Below are positions 9,337-19,654 of a DNA stretch of 64,000 nt, piece after piece. The DNA lies in NCBI GenBank assembly GCA_044342325.1, contig JBIIPZ010000016.1:1-64000 (forward strand), read 5' to 3'. The stretch's first letter is position 1. Each line of letters opens with the position of its first letter. The position numbers and the translations under genes were made by a program. The DNA comes from Terrimicrobiaceae bacterium (GTDB lineage Bacteria; Verrucomicrobiota; Verrucomicrobiia; Chthoniobacterales; Terrimicrobiaceae). The notes beneath the pieces were generated by a model that ran no database searches, was not told where the DNA came from, and saw only the letters and a program-made list of their open reading frames with translations.

Positions 9337-10287
9337 GTGTCAGCACCTGAGAAAGACATCATTTCGCCGTCCGGCTACCGGCCGGCGCCGGATTTCTTCA
9401 AGATTATCTGTCAGACGGCCTCGATCCTGACGGTGCTGATGCTTGGTTGGATTATTTACGAAATCATCGAGTCAGCTTGGCCTGCGATTCAAAAATACGG
9501 ACTGGATTTTGTTACCACCTCGGCGTGGGTTCCCAACCGGGACCGATTTGGCGTGCTGCCGTTCATCGTTGGCACTTTGGCCAGTTCGTTTCTCGCCATA
9601 CTCCTGGCTTTTCCGCTCGGCGTGGCGATCGCGATCTTTTTGAGTGAGAATTTCCTGTCGCCTGCGATTCGGCAAACCATGCGTTTCGTGGTGGAAATGC
9701 TCGCCGCGATCCCGAGCGTTGTCTACGGCTTGTGGGGAATTTTCGTGATCATCCCGATCGTTAAGGCCTTTGGCGACTGGGCTGTTTCTTCTCTGGGCGG
9801 CTTCCCGCTTTTCTCTGGCCCAGCCTATGGCAACTCCCTGCTGACGGCCTCTGTCGTGCTGGCAATTATGATTTTGCCGACGATCACTGCCATCTCTCGA
9901 AACGCCTTGGCAAGCGTTCCCAAAACTCTTCGCGAAGGGGCCTATGCCCTTGGTGCAACGCGCTGGGAGGCCATTTTCAGCGTCATCCTACCGACCGCTG
10001 CTCCCGGCATTGTGGCGGCGACGATTCTGGGTCTGGGACGCGCCATGGGAGAGACGATGGCTGTGGCCATGCTGATCGGAAACAGTTCGAGGCTCTCCTG
10101 GTCGGTGCTCTCACCCTCCGGAACACTCGCAGGCTTGCTCGCGAACCAGTTTGGCGAAGCTCAGGGCCTTCAAGTCAACTCCCTCATGTATGCGGCCCTC
10201 ATACTCATCGCGATAACCCTTGTGGTAAACCTTCTCGGCGAAGCCGTGCTGCGCCACACGCAGAAGCAAACCGCCGGTATACGCTAA
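9337..10287 (+). CDS. pstC: Phosphate ABC transporter permease
   Basis: LAAIPSVVYGLWG, EAA-type loop REGAYALGATRWE, GRAMGETMAV. Confidence 0.96.
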   Translation: MSAPEKDIISPSGYRPAPDFFKIICQTASILTVLMLGWIIYEIIESAWPAIQKYGLDFVTTSAWVPNRDRFGVLPFIVGTLASSFLAILLAFPLGVAIAIFLSENFLSPAIRQTMRFVVEMLAAIPSVVYGLWGIFVIIPIVKAFGDWAVSSLGGFPLFSGPAYGNSLLTASVVLAIMILPTITAISRNALASVPKTLREGAYALGATRWEAIFSVILPTAAPGIVAATILGLGRAMGETMAVAMLIGNSSRLSWSVLSPSGTLAGLLANQFGEAQGLQVNSLMYAALILIAITLVVNLLGEAVLRHTQKQTAGIR

Positions 10288-10293
10288 CCTGCC

Positions 10294-11184
10294 ATGGATT
10301 CCATCGCCTCACATTCCTTGGATTTCTTCGACGGCGAATCTTCTGAAAACACGAAGATCGTTGCGCGCTCCCTGACAAACCGCATCCTCAGCGGCATCTG
10401 CATCACTCTTTCGCTCCTGACGATGGTGCCATTGATTTCGATCATTTTCCTCCTTCTCAAAAAAGGCCTCCCTTTGCTGGGAGCAGGAATTTTTACGGAA
10501 TTACCACCTGCCGCAGGCATGACAGGCGGAGGTTTCGGAAACGCCATCCTTGGCACGCTGGTGATGGTAGGGATCGGTCTGGCCGTCTCGGCCCCTGCGG
10601 GAATCCTCTCGGCGATCTACATCAATGAATACGCACCGACATCCCGCCTCTCGCAATCCGTGCGCTTGGTCGCCAAACTGCTCACAGGTATTCCATCGAT
10701 CATCTGCGGCGTGTTTGCTTTTGCCGTCGTTGTCATGATGACTGGGACCTTTTCAGCCTATGCCGGTGGCATGGCATTGGCCGTCCTCATGCTGCCAACG
10801 ATTCTTCTGACATCCGAGCAGGCACTCCTTGGCGTCCAGAGTGCCTACCGCGAAGCTTCCTACGGCCTTGGTGCCACGCGATTCCAAACGATAGCCCGCG
10901 TCGTTCTGCCTGATGCTTTTCCCGCGATCATGACAGGCGTCATGCTGGCCGTCGCCCGTGCCGCTGGGGAAACTGCGCCATTGATTTTCACAGCTCTCTT
11001 CAGCCAATTCTGGGCGAAGTCGCTTAATGAGCCGACCGCTTCCCTGTCCGTTCTCATTTACAACTTCTCCACGGTTCCCTTTCCGCACCAGATCGCCATG
11101 GCGTGGACGGCTTCACTGGTCCTCGTGGCTTTTGTAACGCTCGCCAACATCGCAGCCCAAACCATATTCTCCCGGAAAAACTGA
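10294..11184 (+). CDS. pstA: Phosphate ABC transporter permease
   Basis: [25 protein letters not shown]. Confidence 0.96.
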   Translation: MDSIASHSLDFFDGESSENTKIVARSLTNRILSGICITLSLLTMVPLISIIFLLLKKGLPLLGAGIFTELPPAAGMTGGGFGNAILGTLVMVGIGLAVSAPAGILSAIYINEYAPTSRLSQSVRLVAKLLTGIPSIICGVFAFAVVVMMTGTFSAYAGGMALAVLMLPTILLTSEQALLGVQSAYREASYGLGATRFQTIARVVLPDAFPAIMTGVMLAVARAAGETAPLIFTALFSQFWAKSLNEPTASLSVLIYNFSTVPFPHQIAMAWTASLVLVAFVTLANIAAQTIFSRKN

Positions 11185-11207
11185 CCGACTCCACTCAAGG
11201 AAATCCG

Positions 11208-12023
11208 ATGCAAACCTCAAACGAAGCACCTGCAAAAAACACAGCGGAGGACAGGAATCCACTCGGCCGACCGGATTTTATTTCCGTGAAGGATTTCAAT
11301 TTTTTCTACGGAAAAAAACAGGCTCTCCATGACATCAACATGGACATCCCCGAGCGGCAGGTCACTGCGCTGATCGGCCCTTCGGGTTGCGGGAAATCGA
11401 CACTCCTGCGGAATTTCAATCGCATGAACGAACTCATCGACGGAGTCCAGCACACGGGAGATATCCGTATCCTCGGGAAGAGCATCTTTGACAAAGGCGT
11501 CGAGGTTATCTCCCTGCGCCGGAGCATTGGCATGGTTTTCCAGAAATCGAACCCCTTCCCGAAATCGATCTACGAGAATGTCGTCTTCGCCCTGCGCATT
11601 AGTGGAATTTCCAAGAAATCCGAACTCGACGAATGTGTGGAGCGCAGCCTGCGCGGAGCCGCGCTATGGAATGAAGTGAAAGACCGACTCCATGAAAGCG
11701 CATTGGGGCTCTCCGGCGGACAGATGCAGCGCCTCTGCATCGCCCGCGCCATCGCTAATCGGCCGAAAGTCTTGCTCATGGACGAGCCCTGCTCGGCATT
11801 AGATCCGATCGCCACGGTCAAGGTGGAGGAACTCATTCGCGAGCTGAAGCGTCAATTCACCATCGTCATCGTGACCCACAACATGCAGCAGGCCACACGC
11901 TGCTCGGACAACACGGCATTTTTCTATCTGGGAAAACTTGTCGAATACGCCGACACTCAGAAAATCTTCTCAAACCCCTCGGAGAAACAAACCGAAGACT
12001 ACATAACCGGTCGCTTCGGTTGA
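11208..12023 (+). CDS. pstB: Phosphate ABC transporter ATPase
   Basis: [28 protein letters not shown]-terminal YITGRFG. Confidence 0.97.
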   Translation: MQTSNEAPAKNTAEDRNPLGRPDFISVKDFNFFYGKKQALHDINMDIPERQVTALIGPSGCGKSTLLRNFNRMNELIDGVQHTGDIRILGKSIFDKGVEVISLRRSIGMVFQKSNPFPKSIYENVVFALRISGISKKSELDECVERSLRGAALWNEVKDRLHESALGLSGGQMQRLCIARAIANRPKVLLMDEPCSALDPIATVKVEELIRELKRQFTIVIVTHNMQQATRCSDNTAFFYLGKLVEYADTQKIFSNPSEKQTEDYITGRFG

Positions 12024-12052
12024 TTTTCCGATAGCCGCATTTATTCTAAAAA

Positions 12053-12733
12053 ATGGAACCCGCACGACATATTCTCAGTAGCTTTGAAGACGCTTTGGAC
12101 AACCTGCGCAAGGATGTCCTGATGATGTCGAGTCTGGCTTCGCGAAGTCTGGAAAATGCCAGAAAAGGTCTCTTCGAACGCGATGAAGACTGGTGCAATA
12201 CTGTGATCGCAGATGACGAGGAAATCGATGCGCTGGAGATCCAAGTCGATACCGAGGGCATCGAAATCATGCTTCGCTTCCACCCTTTTGCCTCTGATCT
12301 GCGAAATGTGATTGCGGCGATGAAAACCAGCGTGAATCTGGAGCGAGCTTCCGACCAATCCGTGGGAATCGCCCGTCGGGCACGCAAGCTCATTGCGCTC
12401 CCTCAAATGCCTACCACCTCGCGCATCGAGCCCATTTTCAACCTGGCTTCGTCGGTTTTTAATGACGCAATCAAGTCCTATGCCGACAACGACATTGAAT
12501 TAGCCCGGACAATCAAGGGGCGCGACAAGGAATTGGACGAACTCAACCGAGATTTTGCCGACAACCTCACGGAATTAATGCCTCAAAATCCTGAGCACAT
12601 CAGAGGTTTTCTGGAATTGATTTTCATCTCACGCTGCCTAGAGCGCATTGGCGACCAGGCAAAAAACATCGCAGAAGATGTGATCTATGCGGTCTCGGTG
12701 AAAGACATCCGGCACAGCCACTCAGTGAGGTAG
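12053..12733 (+). CDS. phoU: Phosphate signalling protein PhoU
   Basis: ASDLR...LERASD and LERIGDQAKNIAE repeats; follows pstB. Confidence 0.96.
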   Translation: MEPARHILSSFEDALDNLRKDVLMMSSLASRSLENARKGLFERDEDWCNTVIADDEEIDALEIQVDTEGIEIMLRFHPFASDLRNVIAAMKTSVNLERASDQSVGIARRARKLIALPQMPTTSRIEPIFNLASSVFNDAIKSYADNDIELARTIKGRDKELDELNRDFADNLTELMPQNPEHIRGFLELIFISRCLERIGDQAKNIAEDVIYAVSVKDIRHSHSVR

Positions 12734-12760
12734 TTCGGTTGTGCAGCGACTCCGCCGCGC

Positions 12761-13873
12761 TCAATCCCTCAAGCAAAGGGCAGCGGCGAAATTGGCAATC
12801 TCCCTCGCTCCTGCTGGATGACTGAGCGGGCCGGTGGCTTGATAGCGTTGAGAGTAGTGGGCACCATTTTGGTCAAAAAGACCTCTCACTGCCTTTGCGA
12901 TGGATTCGGGAGTCATCGCAATTTCGCCCGCGCCGTTCTCTACGAGTAGTAGAGCATTTCCCTCCTCCTGACCGGGCACGACCTGCGTGATGATCATAGG
13001 AGTTCGCGCCGCCATGGCCTCCTGCACAGTCGCTCCGCCGGCCTTGCTGATGAGGACATGCGAGCGCCGCAATAAATTCGGAATTTCGGAAGTCCAGCCA
13101 TGGAGTTCGATCTCCTTGCCAGCCTCGATTGCAAGTTGCTGGAGTTTTTTCATCAGCAACTCATGGCGTCCACAGGTCACAGTCAGCGCGATGTTTTCAA
13201 CGGAGAGCAGCTCCCGGACAATATCCGGAGCGACATCCTGAGCCGAATTCACCATGTAAAGAACTTGCCAGCGTCCATCCGCAGGGGGATTCGCTCGCTC
13301 AGGCAAAATCTCCGAAAAAACTGTCGGCACCGGAAACCCAGTGACGCGGATTTTTTCGCGGGCTACCCCACCCTGCTCCAACGACTTCGCGGTGGGCTCA
13401 TTCGGAACGAGGAAATAGTCGCTCGTGCAGCGCCACCAGATCGAATTGATGGTGAGGGAATCCGTGATCACCGTGACATAGGAAAACGGCCGCCCCTTTC
13501 CCTTGCGAACCTGATCCAAGAAAGCTCCGTAACCGGGGAAGCAACTCACGACGACATCGGCATCATAGCGGGTGATGCGGTCTGCCAGGAGATTCACAGC
13601 CATCCAGAATAAGCCCACCCCGCGATTCACCCAAGGCGCACGGTCGAGAAAATTGTAAAACGCGCTCCAGACTCCGGGATGCTTGTTAATGATATGGCGG
13701 TAGCCCGACTGCAAAAGACGGTTCAGCAATCCATAGGACTCGTCAAAAATGTCATTCACCGCAACCGCCACTTCGGGATGAGACTCCCTCAATGCCTGCT
13801 CCAGATTGCGCGCTGCGGCATTGTGTCCCTCACCAAACCCTGCAGTCAGAATGAGAACAGAGCCGGAAACCAT
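12761..13873 (-). CDS. GT28 MGDG-synthase/UgtP-like diacylglycerol glycosyltransferase
   Basis: GFGEGHNAAA, VITD, TGFPV, ISKAGGATVQEA, PGQEEGNA. Confidence 0.85.
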   Translation of the reverse strand: MVSGSVLILTAGFGEGHNAAARNLEQALRESHPEVAVAVNDIFDESYGLLNRLLQSGYRHIINKHPGVWSAFYNFLDRAPWVNRGVGLFWMAVNLLADRITRYDADVVVSCFPGYGAFLDQVRKGKGRPFSYVTVITDSLTINSIWWRCTSDYFLVPNEPTAKSLEQGGVAREKIRVTGFPVPTVFSEILPERANPPADGRWQVLYMVNSAQDVAPDIVRELLSVENIALTVTCGRHELLMKKLQQLAIEAGKEIELHGWTSEIPNLLRRSHVLISKAGGATVQEAMAARTPMIITQVVPGQEEGNALLLVENGAGEIAMTPESIAKAVRGLFDQNGAHYSQRYQATGPLSHPAGAREIANFAAALCLRD

Positions 13874-13879
13874 AGTATG

Positions 13880-14905
13880 TCAGACGGGAAGACTTCCATT
13901 TCGCGGATCGGCTTTGCCAATGCGTCGGGTGATCTCGAGCGCGATATCCAAGGCATCGGCTGCCGCCAACCCTGTGACCTTGGGTTTCAGGCCTTCGCGG
14001 GCGCAGTTCAAAAACGATTCCAGCTCGATTTTGAGGGGTTCACCCTTCTCGATCGCCACCGGCTCGCGAACGATGCGTTTCCCACTGAAGTCGGTGACAA
14101 TTTTCGAGTCGGTTGCCAGACCGATTAATTTACCGAGCCCCGAGCTTGTTCTTTCGTCTTCGCGGGCCAACCGCAGCAAGTAGCCGCTCTGGTTTTTATA
14201 GTCCAGCGAGAGATAGGCGTTCTCTTGGAAGACGCGGATTTTTCGAACCCGCTCTTGGCTGATGCGGCTCGCCGTGACATTCGCAACGCACCCATTCTCG
14301 AAACGGAAGCGCACATTGGCGATATCCTCGCCCCGGCCAAGCACGGAAATACCCACGGCATCCAAACTCGCCAACGGTGAGCGCACGAGGTGCAAAATGA
14401 TTTCTATGTCGTGGATCATGAGGTCGAGGACCACTCCGATATCCGTGCTGCGATTCGGATAGGGCGAAAGGCGGGTCACCTCCAGAAAACGGGGGTTTTG
14501 CAACTGCGCCTCGAGCGCATGCAGGACGGGATTGAATCGCTCCACATGCCCGACCTGGAGCACGCATCCCTGCCGGGCGGCCGCCTCAGCCAGTTCGCGG
14601 GCGTGTGCGGGGGTGTCGGCGATGGGTTTTTCAATGAGCAAATGTTTGCCCCGACCGAGAAGCTCCATGCCTGTGGAGTGATGAGTCACTGTCGGCGTGC
14701 AAATCGTCGCGGCATCCACCAAACCAGCGAATTCTTCGAGTGATGAGACCGCCTGGCAATTGAAGTTTTTAGCTGCAGCGGCCGCAGTTTCCCGGTTGGT
14801 GTCATACACCGCCGTGAGTTGGCTACAGGGCAACTCGCTGTAGATGCGTGCATGGTTTATGCCCATGTGACCAACACCCACCACACCTGTTCGAATCGTT
14901 TTCAT
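13880..14905 (-). CDS. Gfo/Idh/MocA oxidoreductase (GnnA candidate)
   Basis: GVVGVGHMG, LIEKPIA, QVGHVERFNP, DLMIHD; start overlaps the lpxI stop (ATGA). Confidence 0.85.
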   Translation of the reverse strand: MKTIRTGVVGVGHMGINHARIYSELPCSQLTAVYDTNRETAAAAAKNFNCQAVSSLEEFAGLVDAATICTPTVTHHSTGMELLGRGKHLLIEKPIADTPAHARELAEAAARQGCVLQVGHVERFNPVLHALEAQLQNPRFLEVTRLSPYPNRSTDIGVVLDLMIHDIEIILHLVRSPLASLDAVGISVLGRGEDIANVRFRFENGCVANVTASRISQERVRKIRVFQENAYLSLDYKNQSGYLLRLAREDERTSSGLGKLIGLATDSKIVTDFSGKRIVREPVAIEKGEPLKIELESFLNCAREGLKPKVTGLAAADALDIALEITRRIGKADPRNGSLPV

Positions 14906-15720
14906 TGTCCGTGAAGGGAAATACCAAGACGCACAGCCTCCGCACAGACTTTCGATCGATCAAGCAGCAAAGTGGCGCCGGCCTCCACGCCGATGGCGTG
15001 AATTCCTGCCTCGGCTGCCACTTCGAGTGTGCGAGTGCCAATGACTGGCACATCGAATCGCGTATCCTGACCAGGCTTGGATACCTTCACCAAGGTAGCC
15101 GATCCACGCCCAAGCGCGCCGCCTCGGCGAATGGCTTCATTCGTTCCTTCGAAGGCCTCCACCGCCAAAACCGTTCCATTTTTGACAACCACCGTCTGGC
15201 CGATATCCAGGCGGCTCGTCTCCTTGGCGATGCGGAATCCAAAATCAAGATCAGCCAGATAGCGCGACTTGAGCTTGGGGCCGGCAATCAAGCCCGGCGT
15301 GGCCAGATGCTCATCGAGATAAGTTGTCGCAGAAACAAGACCGACGCCGACTTTCTCCAACTCTGCAGCCACTGCACCAAAGAGCGTCTCGGCATTGCGC
15401 TCCTTCAGCTTTGCCAAGAGGACAAGGGCCTTGAAATCTGGCCGAAGATTGAACAAGTGGCTCGGAGCAATCTGACCGGCCATGAGGGAACGACTGACAC
15501 CGGACTTTTTGGCGGCATCCAGCAACCTGCCCATCTGGCCAACCTTCATCCACTCCACAGCATCGACCATTCCAGCAAGCTCCTCCTTGGTCTCGCCTTC
15601 GAACGCTGCCATCACGATGCGGGAAACCCCCGCCTTTCTGGCCCCCTCGACCACCAACCGAGGATAGTCACCGCCTCCAGCGATGAGAAACAAAGGGGCT
15701 GCGTCTTGAGAGAAAATCAT
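14902..15720 (-). CDS. lpxI: UDP-2,3-diacylglucosamine diphosphatase LpxI
   Basis: LIAGGGDYP, LDIGQTVVV, AVEAFEGT, QDTRFDVPVIG. Confidence 0.93.
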   Translation of the reverse strand: MIFSQDAAPLFLIAGGGDYPRLVVEGARKAGVSRIVMAAFEGETKEELAGMVDAVEWMKVGQMGRLLDAAKKSGVSRSLMAGQIAPSHLFNLRPDFKALVLLAKLKERNAETLFGAVAAELEKVGVGLVSATTYLDEHLATPGLIAGPKLKSRYLADLDFGFRIAKETSRLDIGQTVVVKNGTVLAVEAFEGTNEAIRRGGALGRGSATLVKVSKPGQDTRFDVPVIGTRTLEVAAEAGIHAIGVEAGATLLLDRSKVCAEAVRLGISLHGQ

Positions 15721-15729
15721 GCGAGAAAA

Positions 15730-16461
15730 TCAATTGCCCACCTCATCGAATCGATTCACGCGGAAATTGCCACTCCGAGCAGGGGACTGCTGTTTTTTTA
15801 CACCGCTGCGAGAATTTCCGCCGCTGGATGGAAAAACGAAACCCGGCTGGTCGGTTTTATAGGTGTTCACGAAAATCTGGGCTGTCTGCCCGGCGCCGGG
15901 CAACTTGCGCCGTTGAGCAATAAACTGGCTGGGGCGATAGTAATTCGTGAAGTCTTTGGCGAATGCCGAGCGATTGATGCCGATGTAGAGGTTTTTTCGG
16001 ATTTCATAGTGGAGGTGGGCGGTATACATGCCGCGATTCGTCCCAATCGTTCCGACCTGCTGCCCTCGCCCGACCTGTTGGCCTTTGCGAACCATGATCT
16101 GGTTCAGGTGGGCATACATCGAGTCCACGGTCTTAAGTTGCCCACCCTCGACGAACGCGTGCCTCACGATGACAACATTCCCCCACCCCATACGGGCGTC
16201 CATCGCGAAGGTCACATAGCCATTTCCAATACAATAAACCGGAGCACCCAGATCGCTATTGCCGCCAGCCACGCCATTCCAGTCCTCGCCCGGATGGTAG
16301 GACAAGAACCCTCTGGACATGTAATACCCCTCGGCATCGGGTTTGCCGACCGGCATGTCGAAACCATCCGCCACCCTCACTGCGGCACGGTTGCCACCGG
16401 GGACAGCCACAAGGGCTCCCACGAAGAGCATGAGAAATATCCAAAACAGCCAGCGTCGCAT
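15730..16461 (-). CDS. M23 family metallopeptidase
   Basis: HPGEDWN (HxxxD), YAHL, HLHYEIR; hydrophobic N-terminus. Confidence 0.9.
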   Translation of the reverse strand: MRRWLFWIFLMLFVGALVAVPGGNRAAVRVADGFDMPVGKPDAEGYYMSRGFLSYHPGEDWNGVAGGNSDLGAPVYCIGNGYVTFAMDARMGWGNVVIVRHAFVEGGQLKTVDSMYAHLNQIMVRKGQQVGRGQQVGTIGTNRGMYTAHLHYEIRKNLYIGINRSAFAKDFTNYYRPSQFIAQRRKLPGAGQTAQIFVNTYKTDQPGFVFPSSGGNSRSGVKKQQSPARSGNFRVNRFDEVGN

Positions 16462-16577
16462 GAAGGGGGAATTTAAACCCGACCGAACGAGAACCGCAAG
16501 CCACACGACCCGCCGGAAGTTTTCAGAAAAATGATGTTAGGGTTGCAGGGAGACTGAAAATCGACAACATCGCGCCC

Positions 16578-17051
16578 ATGTCAAAAGCCTTTCCGCCGCG
16601 ACTTCGCACATCAGGCCACTCGACGGCCTCGTATGCGATCGTCGCCAGCAAATTCAATCAGGAATTTGTCCAATCCCTCGTGGACAATGCCCACACGGAA
16701 CTCAACGCACTTGAACCGGGAGCGAATATCGTCCTTGTCTGGACGCCTGGCTCCTTTGAGATCCCCCTTTTTGTCCAAGCCACGGCGGAACTGAACCGTT
16801 TTCAAGCCATCCTTGCCTTGGGAGTCATCTTGGAGGGTGAAACCGAGCATGCCCGCCTGATCGCCGAGGCGGTGACACGCTCACTCATGGACCTTTCGCT
16901 CAAACACAAGGTGCCGGTCATACATGAGGTGCTCCTCGTCAAAGACGAAGCACAAGCCCGCGCGCGATGCATGGGCACAGAACACAACCGTGGCATCGAA
17001 GCCGCACGGGCAGCCATCTCGGCCGCCCGCAAACTACCGGAGATTGTATAA
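16578..17051 (+). CDS. ribH: 6,7-dimethyl-8-ribityllumazine synthase
   Basis: AIVASKFN, PGSFEIP, GVILEGETEH. Confidence 0.95.
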   Translation: MSKAFPPRLRTSGHSTASYAIVASKFNQEFVQSLVDNAHTELNALEPGANIVLVWTPGSFEIPLFVQATAELNRFQAILALGVILEGETEHARLIAEAVTRSLMDLSLKHKVPVIHEVLLVKDEAQARARCMGTEHNRGIEAARAAISAARKLPEIV

Positions 17052-17053
17052 CC

Positions 17054-17467
17054 ATGGGAGTCCGACGCGATGCCCGCGAAGCAGCGGTGCAATATCTTTA
17101 CCAACGGGAAATGCAGGGAGATCAAAGCGATCAAGCCCTGGAAGAATTTTACGAAATGAGGGGACTCAGCCCGAGCGGCAAGAGGTTCTGCAACGAACTA
17201 CTCGAAGGCTGGATGCAACACCGCGAGGAGATCGACGAGGTGATCGCAAAAAACGCCCGCAATTTTGAGTTTAACCGCCTCTCGGCCGTCGATCGCAATG
17301 TGCTGCGCATCGCCTGCCACGAAATCCTCTTCCGCTCGGATATTCCGGCGCCGGTAGCCATCAATGAAGCCATCGAGATCGCCAAGAAATACAGCACCGA
17401 AGATTCGGGAAAGTTCGTGAATGGCGTTTTGGACAATATCCGGAAACAAAAATCCGCCGTCGCCTGA
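17054..17467 (+). CDS. nusB: Transcription antitermination factor NusB
   Basis: RRDAREAAVQYLYQ, VAINEAIEIAKKY, KFVNGVLD. Confidence 0.96.
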   Translation: MGVRRDAREAAVQYLYQREMQGDQSDQALEEFYEMRGLSPSGKRFCNELLEGWMQHREEIDEVIAKNARNFEFNRLSAVDRNVLRIACHEILFRSDIPAPVAINEAIEIAKKYSTEDSGKFVNGVLDNIRKQKSAVA

Positions 17468-17470
17468 CCT

Positions 17471-18319
17471 ATGGCCGCAGGATTTTTTAAAAGTTTCATC
17501 TCCCGCTTCACCGGTGGTCCGGTGGATTGGGACGAGCTGGAGGAAACACTGATTCGCGCTGATTTCGGCGTTTCCATGACCACCGTCATCCTCAAGGCCA
17601 TGAGAGCCCGGGGCGGCGAGGTGAATGGAGAAACCGCTCTCCAGGTGCTGCGCGAGGAAATCCTTAAAATCCTTCCTGCCGACAATGCACCGCTCACGCC
17701 ACTCCCCTCGGGGCCGCGCACAATCCTTGTGGCCGGCGTCAACGGCACTGGCAAGACGACCTCCTGCGCTAAGCTCGCAAACTGGCTAAAATCCCAAAAC
17801 CACTCATGCCTCCTCGTAGCGGCGGACACCTTCCGCGCGGCAGCCATCGAGCAACTCTGCGCCTGGGGTGCCAAACTCGGCATTGAGGTCATTCGCAGCC
17901 AGTATCAAGGCGACGCCGCAGCCCTCTGCCACGATGCGTGGAACAGCGCCCGACGCCGCAATATCGAATTCCTCCTCTGCGACACAGCTGGACGCCTCCA
18001 CACAAAGAGCAACCTCATGCAGGAACTCGCCAAAGTGGTTCGCATCCTCGGCAAGCAGGATGCCACTGCTCCCCATGAGAAGTGGATCGTCCTCGATGCC
18101 ACCACCGGTTCAAACGCCCTTGTGCAAGCCCGCGAATTTCACAAAGCCATCGGCCTCACTGGCGTAATCCTCACCAAACTCGACGGCAGCGGAAAAGGCG
18201 GGATCGCCATTGCCATCCAACACGAACTCGGAATCCCGACGCGATTCATCGGCACAGGGGAAAAAGAAACCGATTTTGCGCCTTTCGATCGCGACAAGTT
18301 CGTGGAGTCGCTGCTCTGA
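17471..18319 (+). CDS. ftsY: Signal recognition particle receptor FtsY (NG domain only)
   Basis: GVNGTGKTT, DTFRAAA, DTAGR, TKLDGSGKGG. Confidence 0.96.
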   Translation: MAAGFFKSFISRFTGGPVDWDELEETLIRADFGVSMTTVILKAMRARGGEVNGETALQVLREEILKILPADNAPLTPLPSGPRTILVAGVNGTGKTTSCAKLANWLKSQNHSCLLVAADTFRAAAIEQLCAWGAKLGIEVIRSQYQGDAAALCHDAWNSARRRNIEFLLCDTAGRLHTKSNLMQELAKVVRILGKQDATAPHEKWIVLDATTGSNALVQAREFHKAIGLTGVILTKLDGSGKGGIAIAIQHELGIPTRFIGTGEKETDFAPFDRDKFVESLL

Positions 18320-18320
18320 A

Positions 18321-19556
18321 TCAGGATTGCGCGGCCATCGCGTGTCCGGCGATCCAGCCAGTGGTCCATGCGGCTTGGAAATTGAAGCCTCCTGTGATGC
18401 CATCGATATCGAGCGCTTCACCGGCGAAGTGAAGACCTGGAACGATGCGGCTTCCCATGGTTTTGAAGTCCACTTCCGGCAAGGGAATGCCGCCACAGGT
18501 GACAAATTCCTCCTTGTTCGTGCTTTTTCCCCGCACCGGTAGCTCGGTGGATGTCAAAAGAGACGCGAGTTTTAGGGCTTCGGTGCGGGACAGGCGAGCC
18601 CATTTCGTATCCCGCGCAATGCCGGATTGAAGGACCAAAGACTCCCAAAGCCTCGCTGGCAGTGGGTTCCAGCGAGTGCGAAGGATCGTCTGACCGCCCG
18701 ATGTTTCGCGGCAGGCTTGGAGAGCCTCGATGAGGGAATCGCGATTGGTCTCAGGCAGCCAATTGATCCGGAGAGGGAATTCATAGTGGAGGTCGTAAAG
18801 TTCCCTCGCACCCCAAGCGGAGAGCCTGAGAACGGCAGGCCCGCTCAGGCCAGTGTGCGTGACCAGCAGCGGGCCGCATTCTTTTAAGTGCGTCCCCGGC
18901 ACAGAGACCTGCGCCGAAGCAACGGAGATTCCCGGCAATTCACTCAGCCAAGGCGTATCGATATGAAAGGTGAAAAGCGACGGCACCGGCGACATGAGGG
19001 AATGCCCCAGCAAAACGGCAGGATGCCCCTCGGGTCGGCATCCCCCACCCGCCCAGAGCAGGCGGTCGCAATCGATGCGCTCGCCATTTGATAGATCGAG
19101 CAGGAATCCCCCGCCCTCGCGCCTTTCGATCATGGTCAGGCCTGTGTTGTTGAGGATACGAACGCCTGACTTCTCGGCGGCGGTGGTGAGGCAGTCGATG
19201 ATCGTTTGCGAGGAATCCGTGGTGGGAAACATGCGTCCATCGGCCTCGGTTTTGAGTCGAACGCCGCGGCTCTCGAACCATGCCACGGTATCCGCCGGGC
19301 CGAATCGACTGAATGGACCGATAAGCGCCCGCCCTCCCCGCGGGTAGCGGCGGGAAAGCTCGCGGGCCTCGAAGCACGAGTGGGTGACATTGCAGCGACC
19401 GCCGCCGGAAATCCGAACTTTTGAAAGTGTGCGAGGGCCTTTTTCCAAAATCACCACGCGGGCATGTGGGGCTGACTCGGCAGCGGCAATCGCCCCAAAA
19501 AAACCCGCAGCGCCTCCGCCGACCACGACAATCTTGAAATGGGAATCACTGAGCAC
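18321..19556 (-). CDS. HI0933/YhiN family flavoprotein
   Basis: GGGAAG, KVRISGGGRCNVT, EFVTCGG, DGITGGFNFQAAW. Confidence 0.93.
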   Translation of the reverse strand: MLSDSHFKIVVVGGGAAGFFGAIAAAESAPHARVVILEKGPRTLSKVRISGGGRCNVTHSCFEARELSRRYPRGGRALIGPFSRFGPADTVAWFESRGVRLKTEADGRMFPTTDSSQTIIDCLTTAAEKSGVRILNNTGLTMIERREGGGFLLDLSNGERIDCDRLLWAGGGCRPEGHPAVLLGHSLMSPVPSLFTFHIDTPWLSELPGISVASAQVSVPGTHLKECGPLLVTHTGLSGPAVLRLSAWGARELYDLHYEFPLRINWLPETNRDSLIEALQACRETSGGQTILRTRWNPLPARLWESLVLQSGIARDTKWARLSRTEALKLASLLTSTELPVRGKSTNKEEFVTCGGIPLPEVDFKTMGSRIVPGLHFAGEALDIDGITGGFNFQAAWTTGWIAGHAMAAQS

Positions 19557-19654
19557 ACGGCATTAACCCCAAAGAAACGGCCAAACGCAAAGAAGAACGC
19601 TCGGGGACAGCGCCCGGCTTGCGCACGCATGGAGTCTGGATTTACTGATAACAA

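Noticed and set aside
14848..16476. 542-aa plus-strand ORF
   Set aside because: Antisense shadow of lpxI and the M23 peptidase, which carry clear family motifs
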